Shown piece by piece: positions 1-10,806 of a stretch of DNA of 64,000 nt. The position numbers and the translations under genes were made by a program. Below the pieces are notes generated by a model, which was given only the letters and a program-made list of their open reading frames with translations, was not told where the DNA came from and did not search any database. The first letter of the stretch is position 1, and each line of letters opens with the position of its first letter. Origin of the DNA: Clostridia bacterium (GTDB lineage Bacteria > Bacillota > Clostridia > TANB77 > CAG-508); contig JAFWMA010000011.1 of assembly GCA_017510825.1 (NCBI GenBank), positions 57,646-121,645 of the forward strand, read 5' to 3'.

Positions 1-50
1 GAAGAATCTTTATTAAAATGTGACTCAATGTCCCCATTAAGGAGATGTGT

Positions 51-785
51 ATGGAAGAAAGATTACAAAAGTTTTTAGCTAATTCGGGTGTGGCATCAAG
101 AAGGAAATGTGAACAACTGATTTTAGATGGAAGAATTAAAGTTAACGGAATAATTGCGACAGAATTAGGAACTAAAATAAATCCAGATATTGATAAAATT
201 GAATTTAATGGAAGAGTAATTAAGCCTAATAATGAAAAAGTGTATATTCTTTTAAATAAGCCGATTGGATATGTGACGACAATGAAGGATCAATTTGGTA
301 GACCTACAGTTATGGATTTATTAAAAGGAGTAGATGGCAGAGTTGTACCTGTTGGAAGATTAGATATGTATACATCTGGAGCTTTACTTTTGTCTGATGA
401 TGGTGAATTTATTAATAGAGTAACACATCCAAAAAATGAAATAGAAAAGACATATAATGTTACAATAAGCGGAATAATTAGCAAAGATGAAGTAGAGCAG
501 TTAAAAAATGGTGTTGAGATTGAAAATAATGGTGGGATTTATAAAACTAAACCAGCTAAAGTTAAAGTCCTTAAAATAGATAATGAAAAAAGATTAAGCA
601 GAGTACAAATTACAATTCATGAAGGAAAGAATAGAGAAGTAAGAAAAATGTGTTTAGCTATAAATAAAAAAGTTTTAGCACTTCATAGAAGCAAAATTGG
701 TAACATAGAGGTAAAGAATTTACCGTTAGGGAATTGGAGATTTTTAACTAAAAGAGAAATAGTAGATTTATATAAAATATATTAA
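51..785 (+). CDS. rluB: RsuA/RluB-family rRNA pseudouridine synthase
   Basis: ORF 45-785. N-terminal S4 RNA-binding motif (LQKFLANSGVASRRKCEQLI) followed by the pseudouridine synthase core (VGRLDMYTSGALLLSDDGE). AAGGAG at 39-44 favours the ATG at 51. Confidence 0.85.
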   Translation: MEERLQKFLANSGVASRRKCEQLILDGRIKVNGIIATELGTKINPDIDKIEFNGRVIKPNNEKVYILLNKPIGYVTTMKDQFGRPTVMDLLKGVDGRVVPVGRLDMYTSGALLLSDDGEFINRVTHPKNEIEKTYNVTISGIISKDEVEQLKNGVEIENNGGIYKTKPAKVKVLKIDNEKRLSRVQITIHEGKNREVRKMCLAINKKVLALHRSKIGNIEVKNLPLGNWRFLTKREIVDLYKIY

Positions 786-844
786 ACAAATTTAAATGTA
801 AAAAACTAGGAATAGAGCTTATCAGATAAAAAAACAAAAAAAGG

Positions 845-873
845 TTGACTTTTTATGTGAAGTGTGATATAAT
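845..873 (+). promoter_or_regulatory. Near-consensus sigma-A promoter with extended -10
   Basis: TTGACT (845-850), 17-nt spacer, TGaTATAAT (865-873). It lies in a 630-bp gap containing no ORF. Confidence 0.6.
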
Positions 874-879
874 ATTTAA

Positions 880-1222
880 GTCATTCCCGTTGAGGGAGAG
901 TCGCTAGGGCATATTAGGATAATTTTGGGGAATTATTTTTAATTTGTCGGAGAGTGAGGATCCAATGTTCATTTGAGACCTCAGAAATGTTTTGTGGAAC
1001 CCTACAAGATGGATAGAAACTGTGCTCTGAGGAGCAGTGCCTTGAAATCTAGATAGGAGGGCAGTTGCCTTTTCGTAGGTAAAACAATTTAATTAAAAAG
1101 TACACTTATATGTTGCTCATAAGTGTTGCCAAAATTGCATAAGTATAATGCAGTTGAGGATTTTTATTGGAAGAGCAAAAAACACGGACCAGATACTAGC
1201 CCCAACTAGTATCTGTTTTTTT
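880..1222 (+). ncRNA. Candidate structured ncRNA of about 340 nt, unknown class
   Basis: Bounded by the promoter at 845-873 and an intrinsic terminator (stem 1190-1199/1206-1215, T7 run 1216-1222). No ORF. Visibly more G+C than the flanks. Several local hairpins, e.g. CCTCAGA/TCTGAGG and ACACTTAT/ATAAGTGT. No family hallmark recognised. Confidence 0.4.
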
Positions 1223-1301
1223 ATATGATAGGAAAGCATTTAGTTCTTAGTTAAAATGTGTAATGATTAAATTGAATTTTTGGTTTTTTATAGGAAAATA
1301 A

Positions 1302-1330
1302 TTGACATTACTACTTTTTAGTAATAGAAT
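1302..1330 (+). promoter_or_regulatory. Putative plsX promoter with an inverted repeat in the spacer
   Basis: TTGACA (1302-1307), 17 nt, TAGAAT (1325-1330). Inverted repeat ATTACTA-5nt-TAGTAAT at 1307-1325 sits between the -35 and -10, an operator-like position. Confidence 0.4.
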
Positions 1331-1415
1331 ATTATGTGCATATTATAAAAAATGAAAAGTATATATTATTAAATTACATTTTAGTTTGATATATCTAGAA
1401 AGGAAAAGATATTAA

Positions 1416-2492
1416 ATGAAGATTTTACTTGATGCTATGGGAGGAGATAATGCACCTGATGCTGTAATACAAGGTGCAGTAAATGCAATAAATGATGTTA
1501 AAGCAGAAGTTATACTAATTGGTCAAGAAAATGTTATAAAAAATAAATCTAAGGAAATACTAGGAAAAAATATAGAAGAAATTTCACCAAGGTTAAAAAT
1601 TAAAAATGCAGCTGAAGTTATTGAAATGGATGATATACCAACAAAGGCTATTAAAGGCAAAAAAGATTCATCTATGGTGGTTGGATTTAATATGTTAAAA
1701 AATGGAGAAGGAGATGTATTTATTTCAGCAGGAAATTCTGGTGCATTGTTAACTGGTGCAACACTTCTTGTGGGAAGGATTCGTGGAATAGATAGACCTG
1801 CTTTAGCAGGAATATTACCATCATACCATGGTAGATTAGTACTAATGGATTGTGGAGCAAATACAAATTGTAAACCATTAAATCTTTTACAATTTGCTCA
1901 AATGTCTAGTATATATATGAATACTACTGTTGGAATTGAAAATCCTAGAATTGGATTAGTTAATATTGGGACAGAAGAAACAAAAGGGAATGAACTAGTA
2001 AGAAATGCTTATCGACTATTAACTAAATTTTCAAAAGATTTGAATATTAATTTTGTAGGAAATGTTGAGGGAAGAGAAGCATTTTTAGGAGAAGCTGATG
2101 TAGTTATAGCTGATGGATTTACTGGTAATGTTTTCTTAAAATCAATTGAAGGATTAGGTAAACTAGTAAAAATATCTTTAAAGGAAAGTATGAGCAAGAG
2201 TATATTTAGTAAGATTGCGGCAGTGCCAAATTTACCTGCATTAAAAAGATTCTCTAAAATGGTTGATTATAAAGAATATGGTGGTGCATTGTTTTTAGGT
2301 GTAAAGAAACCTGTTGTAAAAGCACATGGTAGTAGTGATAAGAAGTTATTTGAGTTTACAATAAAACAAGCTGAAAAATTTGTTGAAAATAAAGCAGTTG
2401 ACCACTTAATCGACACATATGAATCAGAATTAAATAAAGAGAAAATGAATGAAATTAAAGCTTATATACAAAAATTAGATGAAAATAATTAA
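1416..2492 (+). CDS. plsX: Phosphate:acyl-ACP acyltransferase PlsX
   Basis: 358 aa. MKILLDAMGGDNAP N-terminus, GNSGALL and ADGFTGNV motifs typical of PlsX. Classic plsX-acpP-rnc neighbourhood. Confidence 0.9.
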   Translation: MKILLDAMGGDNAPDAVIQGAVNAINDVKAEVILIGQENVIKNKSKEILGKNIEEISPRLKIKNAAEVIEMDDIPTKAIKGKKDSSMVVGFNMLKNGEGDVFISAGNSGALLTGATLLVGRIRGIDRPALAGILPSYHGRLVLMDCGANTNCKPLNLLQFAQMSSIYMNTTVGIENPRIGLVNIGTEETKGNELVRNAYRLLTKFSKDLNINFVGNVEGREAFLGEADVVIADGFTGNVFLKSIEGLGKLVKISLKESMSKSIFSKIAAVPNLPALKRFSKMVDYKEYGGALFLGVKKPVVKAHGSSDKKLFEFTIKQAEKFVENKAVDHLIDTYESELNKEKMNEIKAYIQKLDENN

Positions 2493-2571
2493 TAAAAATT
2501 AAAAAAAGACTTGACAATTCTCAAACAATGTAATATTGTTAGGGTAATGTAAAAAATAGGAGGATAAAGTA

Positions 2572-2814
2572 ATGAGTTCAGAGGAAATTTTTGATAAAGT
2601 AAAAAATATTATAGTAGAGCAACTAGGAGTAGCAGAAGGAGAAATTGAATTAGATTCATCATTTATAGATGATTTAGGAGCAGATTCACTAGATATAGTA
2701 GAATTAATTATGGCTTTAGAGGAAGAATTTGATATTGAAATACCAGATGAAGATGCAGAAAAAGTTGTAACTGTTCAAGATGTTGTAGATTATTTAAAAG
2801 AAAATGTTGGATAG
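2572..2814 (+). CDS. acpP: Acyl carrier protein
   Basis: 80 aa acidic protein with the phosphopantetheine attachment motif LGADSLD. GGAGG RBS upstream. Confidence 0.95.
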   Translation: MSSEEIFDKVKNIIVEQLGVAEGEIELDSSFIDDLGADSLDIVELIMALEEEFDIEIPDEDAEKVVTVQDVVDYLKENVG

Positions 2815-2893
2815 AATTTAATATTATAGTTATGATATAGTTGTGCAATCTTAAGTGTTGCACAACTTTTAAAAATAAAGAGGTTTACATAAA

Positions 2894-3391
2894 ATGAAAA
2901 TACAAAGGTATAGAGAGTTTTTAGAAATAATAGGTGATTTATTAAAGAATGACGAAGTAAAAAAAATGAAGAATTATAGGCAGCATTGTGATATAAGTAC
3001 ATTTGAACACTCAAAAAATGTTGCTTATATTTGTTTTTATATTTGCAAAAGATTTAATTTAGATTATGTTTCAGCTGCAAGAGCAGGAATGTTACATGAT
3101 TTATTTTTATATGATTGGAGAGATAAGAGACCACATGAAAAATTTACAGATTTGCATGCTTTTAGTCATCCGAAAATTGCTTTAGAAAATGCGAGAAAAG
3201 TTACATCTTTAAGTGAAAAAGAAGAAGATATTATTTTAAAACATATGTGGCCTTTAACAGTAAAATTGCCTAAATATAAGGAAAGTTATATTATTACAGT
3301 AGCCGATAAATGTAGTACACTTGCAGAATCTTGGAGATATTTAAAGAAAAAATTGTTAAAAAACAATAGGAAAAAAAGCGAACAATGTTAA
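2894..3391 (+). CDS. HD-domain phosphohydrolase-like protein
   Basis: 165 aa with H...HD spacing (FEHSKNV ... GMLHDLFLYD) typical of the HD superfamily. Confidence 0.6.
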   Translation: MKIQRYREFLEIIGDLLKNDEVKKMKNYRQHCDISTFEHSKNVAYICFYICKRFNLDYVSAARAGMLHDLFLYDWRDKRPHEKFTDLHAFSHPKIALENARKVTSLSEKEEDIILKHMWPLTVKLPKYKESYIITVADKCSTLAESWRYLKKKLLKNNRKKSEQC

Positions 3392-3450
3392 AAAAATATT
3401 GCATTTAGCTATTATGTATAGTAAAATATAATTGTAATTAAGGAGGCAAT

Positions 3451-4116
3451 ATGGAACTAGAGCAAAGCATAAGATATAAATTTAAAAATCATGAATTGTT
3501 AGAAATAGCTTTAACGCACAAATCATATGCAAATGAATATGGAATTCAAAGTAATGAAAAATTTGAATTTTTGGGAGATAGTATTTTAGAATTTATATCA
3601 AGTAAATATTTATTTTCTAATTATAAAAACTTAAGGGAAGGTGAATTATCGAAAACACGAGCTACTGTTGTATGTGAAGAAAGCTTGTTTGAAGTTGCAA
3701 AAAGACATAATATTGCTCAATATATTAAATTAGGGCGTAGTGAGAGAGCAAATCATGGGAATGAAAGTCAATCTATACTAGCTGATAGTATAGAAGCAAT
3801 AATAGCAGCTATATATTTTGATGGAGGATTAGAAGAAGCAGAAAAATTTATAATAGACAATCTAAAGGATGCTATGGAAGTTGCTAGTAAAAATGTTGGT
3901 GTGAAAGATTATAAAACTGTTTTGCAAGAAGAATTACAAAAAAACGGAAATGTTCAAATACAATATAGGGTAATAGAAGAAAAAGGTCCAGATCATAATA
4001 AAACTTTCGTATCAGAAGTTACACTTAATGGAAAAGTACTTGCACAAGGTGAAGGAACTAGCAAAAAACATGCTGAAATGGAAGCTGCTAAAAAAGCTTT
4101 AGAGAGTATTAAATAA
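3451..4116 (+). CDS. rnc: Ribonuclease III
   Basis: RNase III signature (EKFEFLGDSILEF), second catalytic region (ADSIEAIIAAIYFDGG) and a C-terminal dsRNA-binding domain (KDYKTVLQE...SKKHAEMEAAKKAL). Confidence 0.95.
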   Translation: MELEQSIRYKFKNHELLEIALTHKSYANEYGIQSNEKFEFLGDSILEFISSKYLFSNYKNLREGELSKTRATVVCEESLFEVAKRHNIAQYIKLGRSERANHGNESQSILADSIEAIIAAIYFDGGLEEAEKFIIDNLKDAMEVASKNVGVKDYKTVLQEELQKNGNVQIQYRVIEEKGPDHNKTFVSEVTLNGKVLAQGEGTSKKHAEMEAAKKALESIK

Positions 4117-4170
4117 AGGCATTATTTAAACTAGAGAGAAAAATAATAAAGTAATCAAAATGAAAGGGTA

Positions 4171-5217
4171 ATGTCATATATGAAGAAAGAATATGTTATA
4201 CCAATATTTGTACCGAACTTAGGATGCCCAAATGATTGTATATTCTGCAATCAAAAAAAAATAAGTGGACAATCTACTAATGTTACACCAGATGATGTTA
4301 GGGAAACTATAGAGTATTATTTAGAAAACTTCAAAGATAATAATAAATATGTTGAAGTTGCATTTTTTGGAGGCAGTTTTACAGGTATAGATAAAAATGT
4401 TCAAATTGAACTTTTAGAAGTTGCAAATGAGTTTATAAAAGAAAAAAAAGTGAGAAGTATTAGAATTTCTACAAGACCAGATTATATAACTAAAGATATT
4501 TTAAAAATGCTTAGGAAATATCATGTTAAGACAATAGAATTAGGAGTTCAGTCAACCAATAATTATATTTTGAAAAAAAGCAAAAGGGGGCATACATTTG
4601 AAGATGTAAAAAAAGCATCAAAGCTAATAAGGAGGTATGGATTTAGATTAGGTCATCAGATGATGGTTGGATTACCTGAAAGTAGTGAAGCTGATGAAAT
4701 TAATACAGCAAAAGATTTGATAAAATTAAAACCTAAAATTGTGAGGATATATCCTGTATTAGTAATTAAGGGAACTGAGCTTGAAGAAGAATATAAAAAA
4801 AAGGAATATATTCCTTTAACTGTTGAGCAAGCTGTGGAGAGATGTAAAGTTATTACATATTTGTTTAGAAGAAATAAAATAAATGTTATTAGAATTGGTC
4901 TTCAAAATACTGAAGAGATAACTTCACCAGAACAGGATGGTAGTGAAGTTGTTGCTGGTCCATTTCATCCTGCTTTTAGACAATTGGTAGAAGGTGCAAT
5001 GTGGTATGATAGTATAGCTGAAAAAATAAAAAATATAAATGCAAAAGTTAAAAAAGTTGAAATTGAAGTAAATCCAAATGACTCTAATAATGCGATAGGA
5101 CATAAAAAAATAAATATAGAAAAACTTAAAGAATTTTATGATGTGGATGTAGCTATTAAATCTAGTGAAGAAATTGAACCTGGAAAATTTGAAATAAAAG
5201 TATTGGAAACATATTAA
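4171..5217 (+). CDS. Radical SAM protein (ELP3-like family, no acetyltransferase domain)
   Basis: CxxxCxxC cluster motif near the N-terminus (CPNDCIFCNQ). A TIM-barrel-like radical SAM core follows. The start could instead be the ATG at 4180. Confidence 0.75.
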   Translation: MSYMKKEYVIPIFVPNLGCPNDCIFCNQKKISGQSTNVTPDDVRETIEYYLENFKDNNKYVEVAFFGGSFTGIDKNVQIELLEVANEFIKEKKVRSIRISTRPDYITKDILKMLRKYHVKTIELGVQSTNNYILKKSKRGHTFEDVKKASKLIRRYGFRLGHQMMVGLPESSEADEINTAKDLIKLKPKIVRIYPVLVIKGTELEEEYKKKEYIPLTVEQAVERCKVITYLFRRNKINVIRIGLQNTEEITSPEQDGSEVVAGPFHPAFRQLVEGAMWYDSIAEKIKNINAKVKKVEIEVNPNDSNNAIGHKKINIEKLKEFYDVDVAIKSSEEIEPGKFEIKVLETY

Positions 5218-5281
5218 TTTTTATGACGGCTAGTATAAGGTATGATAATACTTTATACTAGTTTTTTATATAACAAGGAAG

Positions 5282-6154
5282 ATGATAGTGATGATATATG
5301 AAATAAATTGTGATTCGTTTGAATTGAAAGATATTTTTGAGTGTGGGCAATGTTTTAGATGGAATAAAGACTCTAATGATACCTATACTGGAATTATTGA
5401 TAAATGTGTAATAAATGTTGAAAAAATTGATAAAAAAATTGTTTTTAATGGGGATATCGAGAATGCTACTCAAGAAGAATTTGAACAAATAATAAAAAGA
5501 TATTTTGATTTAGATAGGGATTATGAAAATATTAAAAATAAACTTTCTAAAGTTGATGGATATCTGAAAGATAGTATCAAATATGGTAAAGGAATTAGAA
5601 TTTTAAATCAAAATTTATGGGAAACTATTATTTCTTTTATTATATCGGCTAATAATAATATTCCAAGAATAAAAGGAATTATTGAAAAAATTTGCAGAAA
5701 ATATGGAGAAGAGTTAAAATGGGAAGGAAAAATTTATTATACTTTTCCAACGGCAAAACAATTATCAAATGCTAGTGTTCAAGATTTGCGAAATCTTGGA
5801 CTTGGTTTTAGAGATACCAGAGTTTTTGAAACAACTAGATTAATAGATAGAGGAATATTTGACTTAGGAGAATTATATATGATGAAAACTGAGTTTGCAA
5901 AAGAAAGATTATTAACTTTACCTGGTGTTGGACCTAAGGTGGCAGATTGTATTCTGCTTTTTTCAGATTTAAAGAGATTTGATGTTTTTCCAATTGATGT
6001 TTGGGTAAGAAGAGTAATGAATGAATTGTACATTCATAATGATGAGGAAGAAAAGGTTAACAAGAAAGAGATACAAAAGTTGGCAAATGAAAAATTTGGG
6101 GAATTGCAGGGGATTGCGCAACAGTATTTGTTTTACTGGAAAAGGGAAGCTTGA
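5282..6154 (+). CDS. ogg: 8-oxoguanine DNA glycosylase / HhH-GPD family N-glycosylase-lyase
   Basis: N-terminal FECGQCFRW motif of Ogg-type enzymes. Helix-hairpin-helix LPGVGPKVADCILLF followed by FPIDVWV (catalytic Asp region). Confidence 0.7.
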   Translation: MIVMIYEINCDSFELKDIFECGQCFRWNKDSNDTYTGIIDKCVINVEKIDKKIVFNGDIENATQEEFEQIIKRYFDLDRDYENIKNKLSKVDGYLKDSIKYGKGIRILNQNLWETIISFIISANNNIPRIKGIIEKICRKYGEELKWEGKIYYTFPTAKQLSNASVQDLRNLGLGFRDTRVFETTRLIDRGIFDLGELYMMKTEFAKERLLTLPGVGPKVADCILLFSDLKRFDVFPIDVWVRRVMNELYIHNDEEEKVNKKEIQKLANEKFGELQGIAQQYLFYWKREA

Positions 6155-6198
6155 TTAAATAATTGATAAAAAAATTAATAAAGATTAGGAGAGTTAAA

Positions 6199-9100
6199 TT
6201 GAAAATAGTTTATGGAAGAGCAGGGACTGGAAAGAGTGAATATGTATTTAGTCAAATAAAAAAATTGAACGGTGTGAATGAGCCTTTGGAACAACCCAAA
6301 ATATATATAGTAACACCAGAGCAATTCTCTTTTACTGCTGAGAAGAGGCTTTTAGAATCATTGGACGGTGAAGCTACTGTTAATGTTGAGGTTTTATCTT
6401 TTGAAAGAATGGCATATAGAGTGATTAAAGAAACTGTAGAAGATGAAAAAATTAAAATTGGAAAATCAGAAAAATCAATGATTGTTTATGATGCAATTGC
6501 TAAATACCAAAAAGAACTCACTTTTTTAGGTAAGTCTTTAGAAAATGTTGATACAATAATTACTCAAATTACAGAATTTAAAAAACATAATATTACAGTT
6601 GAATTATTAGAAAAACAAGTTGAAGAAACTAAAAATCAATATATTAAAGCTAAGCTAAATGATATGCTTATAATGTATAAAGAACTTGAAAATAAAATAG
6701 AAGATAGATTTTTAGATGAAAATGATTTATTAACTATTTTAGCTAAAAATATCGAGAATAGTCATCTTTTTGATAGTGCTATATTTTTTATTGATGAATT
6801 TGCTGGTTTTACTAAACAAGAATATTTTGTAATTAAGGAGCTAGATAAAATAGCAAAAGAGGTCTATATTACTGTATGCTCTGATGATTTAAAAGTTGTA
6901 AAATCTCCAGAAGCGGATATTTTTTATGATAATAAACAAAACATTCAAACATTATGCCAGATTTCAGAAATAGAAAAGGAACAACAGATTCACTTAAACA
7001 AAACACATAGATTTAAAAATGATGAATTGAAACATCTAGAAGAGAATTTCTTTAGTATTCCTTATAAAAGGTATAGTGGAGAAAATGAGAACATTAGTCT
7101 ATTTTTAGCTGAAAATCCTTATAATGAAATAGAATATGTTGCAAGTGAAATAATTAGATTAGTACGTGATCAAGATTATAGATTTAAAGATATTGCTGTA
7201 ATATGTAATAATTTAGAAACATATTCTAGTTTATGCAAAGCTATTTTTGAGGAATATGACATTCCTGTATTTATTGATGATAAAAAAGATATTACTCAAA
7301 ATGCTGTTATAAAGTATGTGTTAGCAATTTTTGATATTTTTACAAAAAATTGGTCATATGAATCAGTATTTAATTATTTAAAAACAGGTTTAGCTGTAGT
7401 TAATAATATTTATGAAGTTGAAAATTACTGTTTAAAGTGGGGGATAAAGGGAAACAAGTTTTATAAGGATGTTTGGAATTATGAAAAAAATAATAATAAC
7501 TATGTAGAGGAACAAAAAATAATAGTTCAGCCATTATTAGAATTAAAAAATAGAATTAAAAGAACTAAAACTGCTAAGGACATCAGTTTGGAATTATACA
7601 GATTTTTAACTTTAGAAAATAATGAGATAAAAATTAAATTAGAAAAACGGAGAAAATAATAAGGATAATGTTGAGTCATATAATCTATTGCTCGAAACTT
7701 TAGAACAAATTGCTACTATTTTTGGAGAAGAGAAAATATCTTTTGATCATTATTCAAAAATACTAAAAATAGGTTTATCTGTTAAGGAACTTGGACAGAT
7801 TCCACAAACTCAAGATAAAGTAACAGTTGGTGATGTAAATAGAAGTAAAACTCATAAGGTTAAAACAGTATTTGTTATTGGAGTGAACGATGGCGTTTTC
7901 CCAAGTATACATACTTCTGAAGGCTTTTTTAATGATAAAGATAGACAGAATTTAAAAGAACAAAATTTTGAATTGGCCAAAGGTACAAGAGAAAAAATGT
8001 ATGAAGAGAATTTTAATATTTATAAAGTTTTTTCTACAGCAGAAGAAAAATTATATATTTCATATTCTTCAAGTGACAGTGATGGCAAGGCTTTAAGAAA
8101 ATCACTGTTAATATCAAAGATAAAAAGAATTTTTCCTAATTTATTAGAGAAAGATAAATTGAAAGATGAAGTGTTAACAAAGACAATTACATTCTCAAAA
8201 CTATTGAATAATCATGAAAATCCTGATTGGAATGAAGTTTTTAGATGGTATGAAGATAATGAGAGAAAAAAATTAGATAGTGCTTTAAGAGGATTAAAAT
8301 ATACAAATGTTCCTTGTAAAATTAATAATGAAAATATAAGAAAATTGTATGGAAATGTTTTAAAAACAAGTGTGTCAAAATTAGAAAGCTATAGGTCTTG
8401 TCCGTTTTCGTATTTTCTAAAATATGGGTTAAGAGTTTCTGAAAAGGAGAAACTTGATGTAAAGCCAATTGATACAGGTTCGTTTATGCATGATATTATT
8501 GATAGATTTTTTAAAATTATAAAAGATAACAATAAAAATGTTAAAGAAGTAACAGATAGTCAAATTAAAGAAATTGTAGAAGTAATTGTTCAAGAAAAGA
8601 CAAATTATAATGGGAAATTTACACTGACAGCTAAATATCGAACATTAGTTCAAAGATTAATAAGGGTAGTTACATCTTCACTTAAGTATATTATTGAAAG
8701 TCTTAGAGAAAGTGAATTTGATGTTTTAGAAACTGAAGCAGTATTTGATACAAATAAAGATTCTACATATCAACCAATAGAAATGGAACTTGATGATGGA
8801 AGAAAAGTATCAATTATAGGCAAAATTGATAGAATAGATATAGCTAAAATGCCAGATGGAAAATATATAAGAGTAATTGATTATAAGTCATCGACTAAAG
8901 ATATTGATTTAAATAAAGTTATTTCTGGATTACAATTACAGTTGATAACGTACGCTGATGCTATATGTGAAAATGATAATGTATTTCCATCAGGTGCTTT
9001 ATATTTTACATTATTGGAACCTAAGATTGCACAAAGAAATTTAGGCAAAGAAGAAATTGAAAATTTATTAAAAGAAAATTATAGAATGAATGGACTGGTT

Positions 9101-9478
9101 TTAGCAGATATTAATGTTATTAAAGCTATGGATACTTCTTTAGAAAGTGGAAAATCAAATAAAATTCCTGTGACATTAAACAAAAATGGAGAAATCAGTT
9201 TTTCGAAGTCTAGAACATTAACTAGAAGTGAATTTGAAAATTTACAAAGATATACTAATAAAATTATTAGGGAGATATCAAAACAAATTTTAAGGGGAGA
9301 TATTTCACTTACTCCATATTATACACAAAAAGAAAAAAGTACTCCTTGTCAGTATTGTGCTTATAAATCAATATGTCAATTTAATTCAAAATTCAAAAAT
9401 AATGACTATAGATATATTCCTAATGATAAGAAAGAAGAAGTACTTAAGAAAATTAAAGATATTCAGATTAATGAGTAA
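6199..9478 (+). pseudogene. addB: AddB/RexB helicase-nuclease subunit B, split by a frameshift in an A5 run (ORFs 6163-7659 and 7688-9478)
   Basis: Walker A GRAGTGKSE. C-terminal RecB-type nuclease with Fe-S cysteines (CPFSYF ... CQYCAYKSIC). Frame 1 stops at 7657-7659. Frame 2 is open from 7643 and continues the protein (KNGENNKDNVESYNLLLETLEQ). One extra A in 7643-7647 would restore a single ORF of about 1090 aa. The likely start is TTG 6199, after AGGAGAG. Confidence 0.85.
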
Positions 9479-9569
9479 GTGATTATTATAAAAAACTATT
9501 GCAAAAATAAAATACTTGTGATAAATTATATGAGTAAAGAGTATAAAATTAAGAAAAGGAGAAAAACAA

Positions 9570-10670
9570 ATGAAAGAAAGAAAGCAAACAAATTTTAAAG
9601 GAAAAATTACAAAAAAACGATATTGCTGCCAAAATGCAGGTATTACACTAATAGCAATAGTAGTAACTATAATAACACTACTAATATTAGCAGGAGTAAC
9701 AATAAATTTAGCGATAGGTGATTATGGAATTATTGGGAAAGCTGAAGATGCCTCGAATTTATATGCAAATACAAGTATAGAAGAAAAAACAACATTATCA
9801 GAAATGAAAAATAAAGTGAAAGAGCAAAAGGAAAAAAGAGAAAATGATGGTTCAACAAAAATCAAAGATAGTTCGGGAAAATTAATAGACTTGGCTAATA
9901 TTGAAACATATTATGGACATGAATTAACATATAACGATCAGACATATCAATTATTTTTGGTTGATGAATTGGGAAAATATAGTAATAAAGAAGGCAGAAT
10001 ATGGATACAAAGAAAAGATTATTTTTCTATGACAGCATCGCAATTAAGTAATAATTTTGAAACAACAGGAATTGCTACTCCAAATTCTATTTTATGGCAA
10101 GTTAATCCTGATTTAGATAGTAAATATGGAAATGAAATAAGAGCATTAAATAGTTGGAGTAGTAGTCTTAAGGGAGTTGCTTATTTGTGCAATACAGAAA
10201 ACTGGAACAGCACATATGTAAAAAGTGAAGATTTGGAAAAAGGAGCATATTCAATTGGAGGGGCAAGCGTAGAAATGTACTGCGATGCTTACAACAAAGC
10301 AAGAAAAGTCAACAGTTCTAGTCCAGGATTTTTTAATGCAAAAGCATTTAATAATAATGGTTTTTATGGATATAGGTATAAGCCTGGAAATGGAAATAGT
10401 ACTTGGCCAGTAGATGAAGATGGATATGGATATTGGACAGACCAAATAAATTATCCTATCTTAACATCAGAGTTTAACTCAATGTTCATATTAAGTGGAA
10501 GTAACTCTCAATGGCTTTCTTCACCAGCCACAGAACGAGATTATAATCTTGCAGTAGTGTATGCAAGTAGTAAACATTTAAGCGGATATAATTATATGGC
10601 TTCTTCAGGTTATAATGTACGTCCTATGGTATCATTGCCATATAGTATGGAAATCCAGCTAACAAATTAA
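9570..10670 (+). CDS. Type-IV-pilin-like exported protein (class III signal-like N-terminus, C-terminal ...VRPMVSLP domain)
   Basis: The N-terminus NAGITLIAIVVTIITLLILAGVTINL resembles the prepilin G/FTLIE methylation motif, but with Ala at +5. Paralogous to 39932-41027 throughout (GAYSIGGASVEMY vs GAYAIGGPPLEMF). Confidence 0.6.
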   Translation: MKERKQTNFKGKITKKRYCCQNAGITLIAIVVTIITLLILAGVTINLAIGDYGIIGKAEDASNLYANTSIEEKTTLSEMKNKVKEQKEKRENDGSTKIKDSSGKLIDLANIETYYGHELTYNDQTYQLFLVDELGKYSNKEGRIWIQRKDYFSMTASQLSNNFETTGIATPNSILWQVNPDLDSKYGNEIRALNSWSSSLKGVAYLCNTENWNSTYVKSEDLEKGAYSIGGASVEMYCDAYNKARKVNSSSPGFFNAKAFNNNGFYGYRYKPGNGNSTWPVDEDGYGYWTDQINYPILTSEFNSMFILSGSNSQWLSSPATERDYNLAVVYASSKHLSGYNYMASSGYNVRPMVSLPYSMEIQLTN

Positions 10671-10806
10671 AAATGGCTCTGACAAGTGGAAAAAGAAAAA
10701 TGTATTTAGAAAACTATGAAAAAAGGATGGATAAAAAATCACAGTGAACATACCGGCTAATATGATTACTCTATTGGTAGAAAAAACAAATTGGAGGTAA
10801 TTTGCT

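Noticed and set aside
880-1222. Assignment of the candidate ncRNA to RNase P RNA, tmRNA, SRP RNA, 6S RNA or a T-box/riboswitch leader
   Set aside because: None of the family hallmark strings could be found by eye, and the length is wrong for 6S. The RNA ends in its own terminator about 195 nt before plsX, which has a separate promoter. It is left as an unknown class.
2790-3014. 74-aa minus-strand ORF spanning the acpP / HD-gene intergenic region
   Set aside because: It overlaps the ends of two well-supported plus-strand genes, has a low-complexity product, and shows no promoter or RBS on the minus strand.
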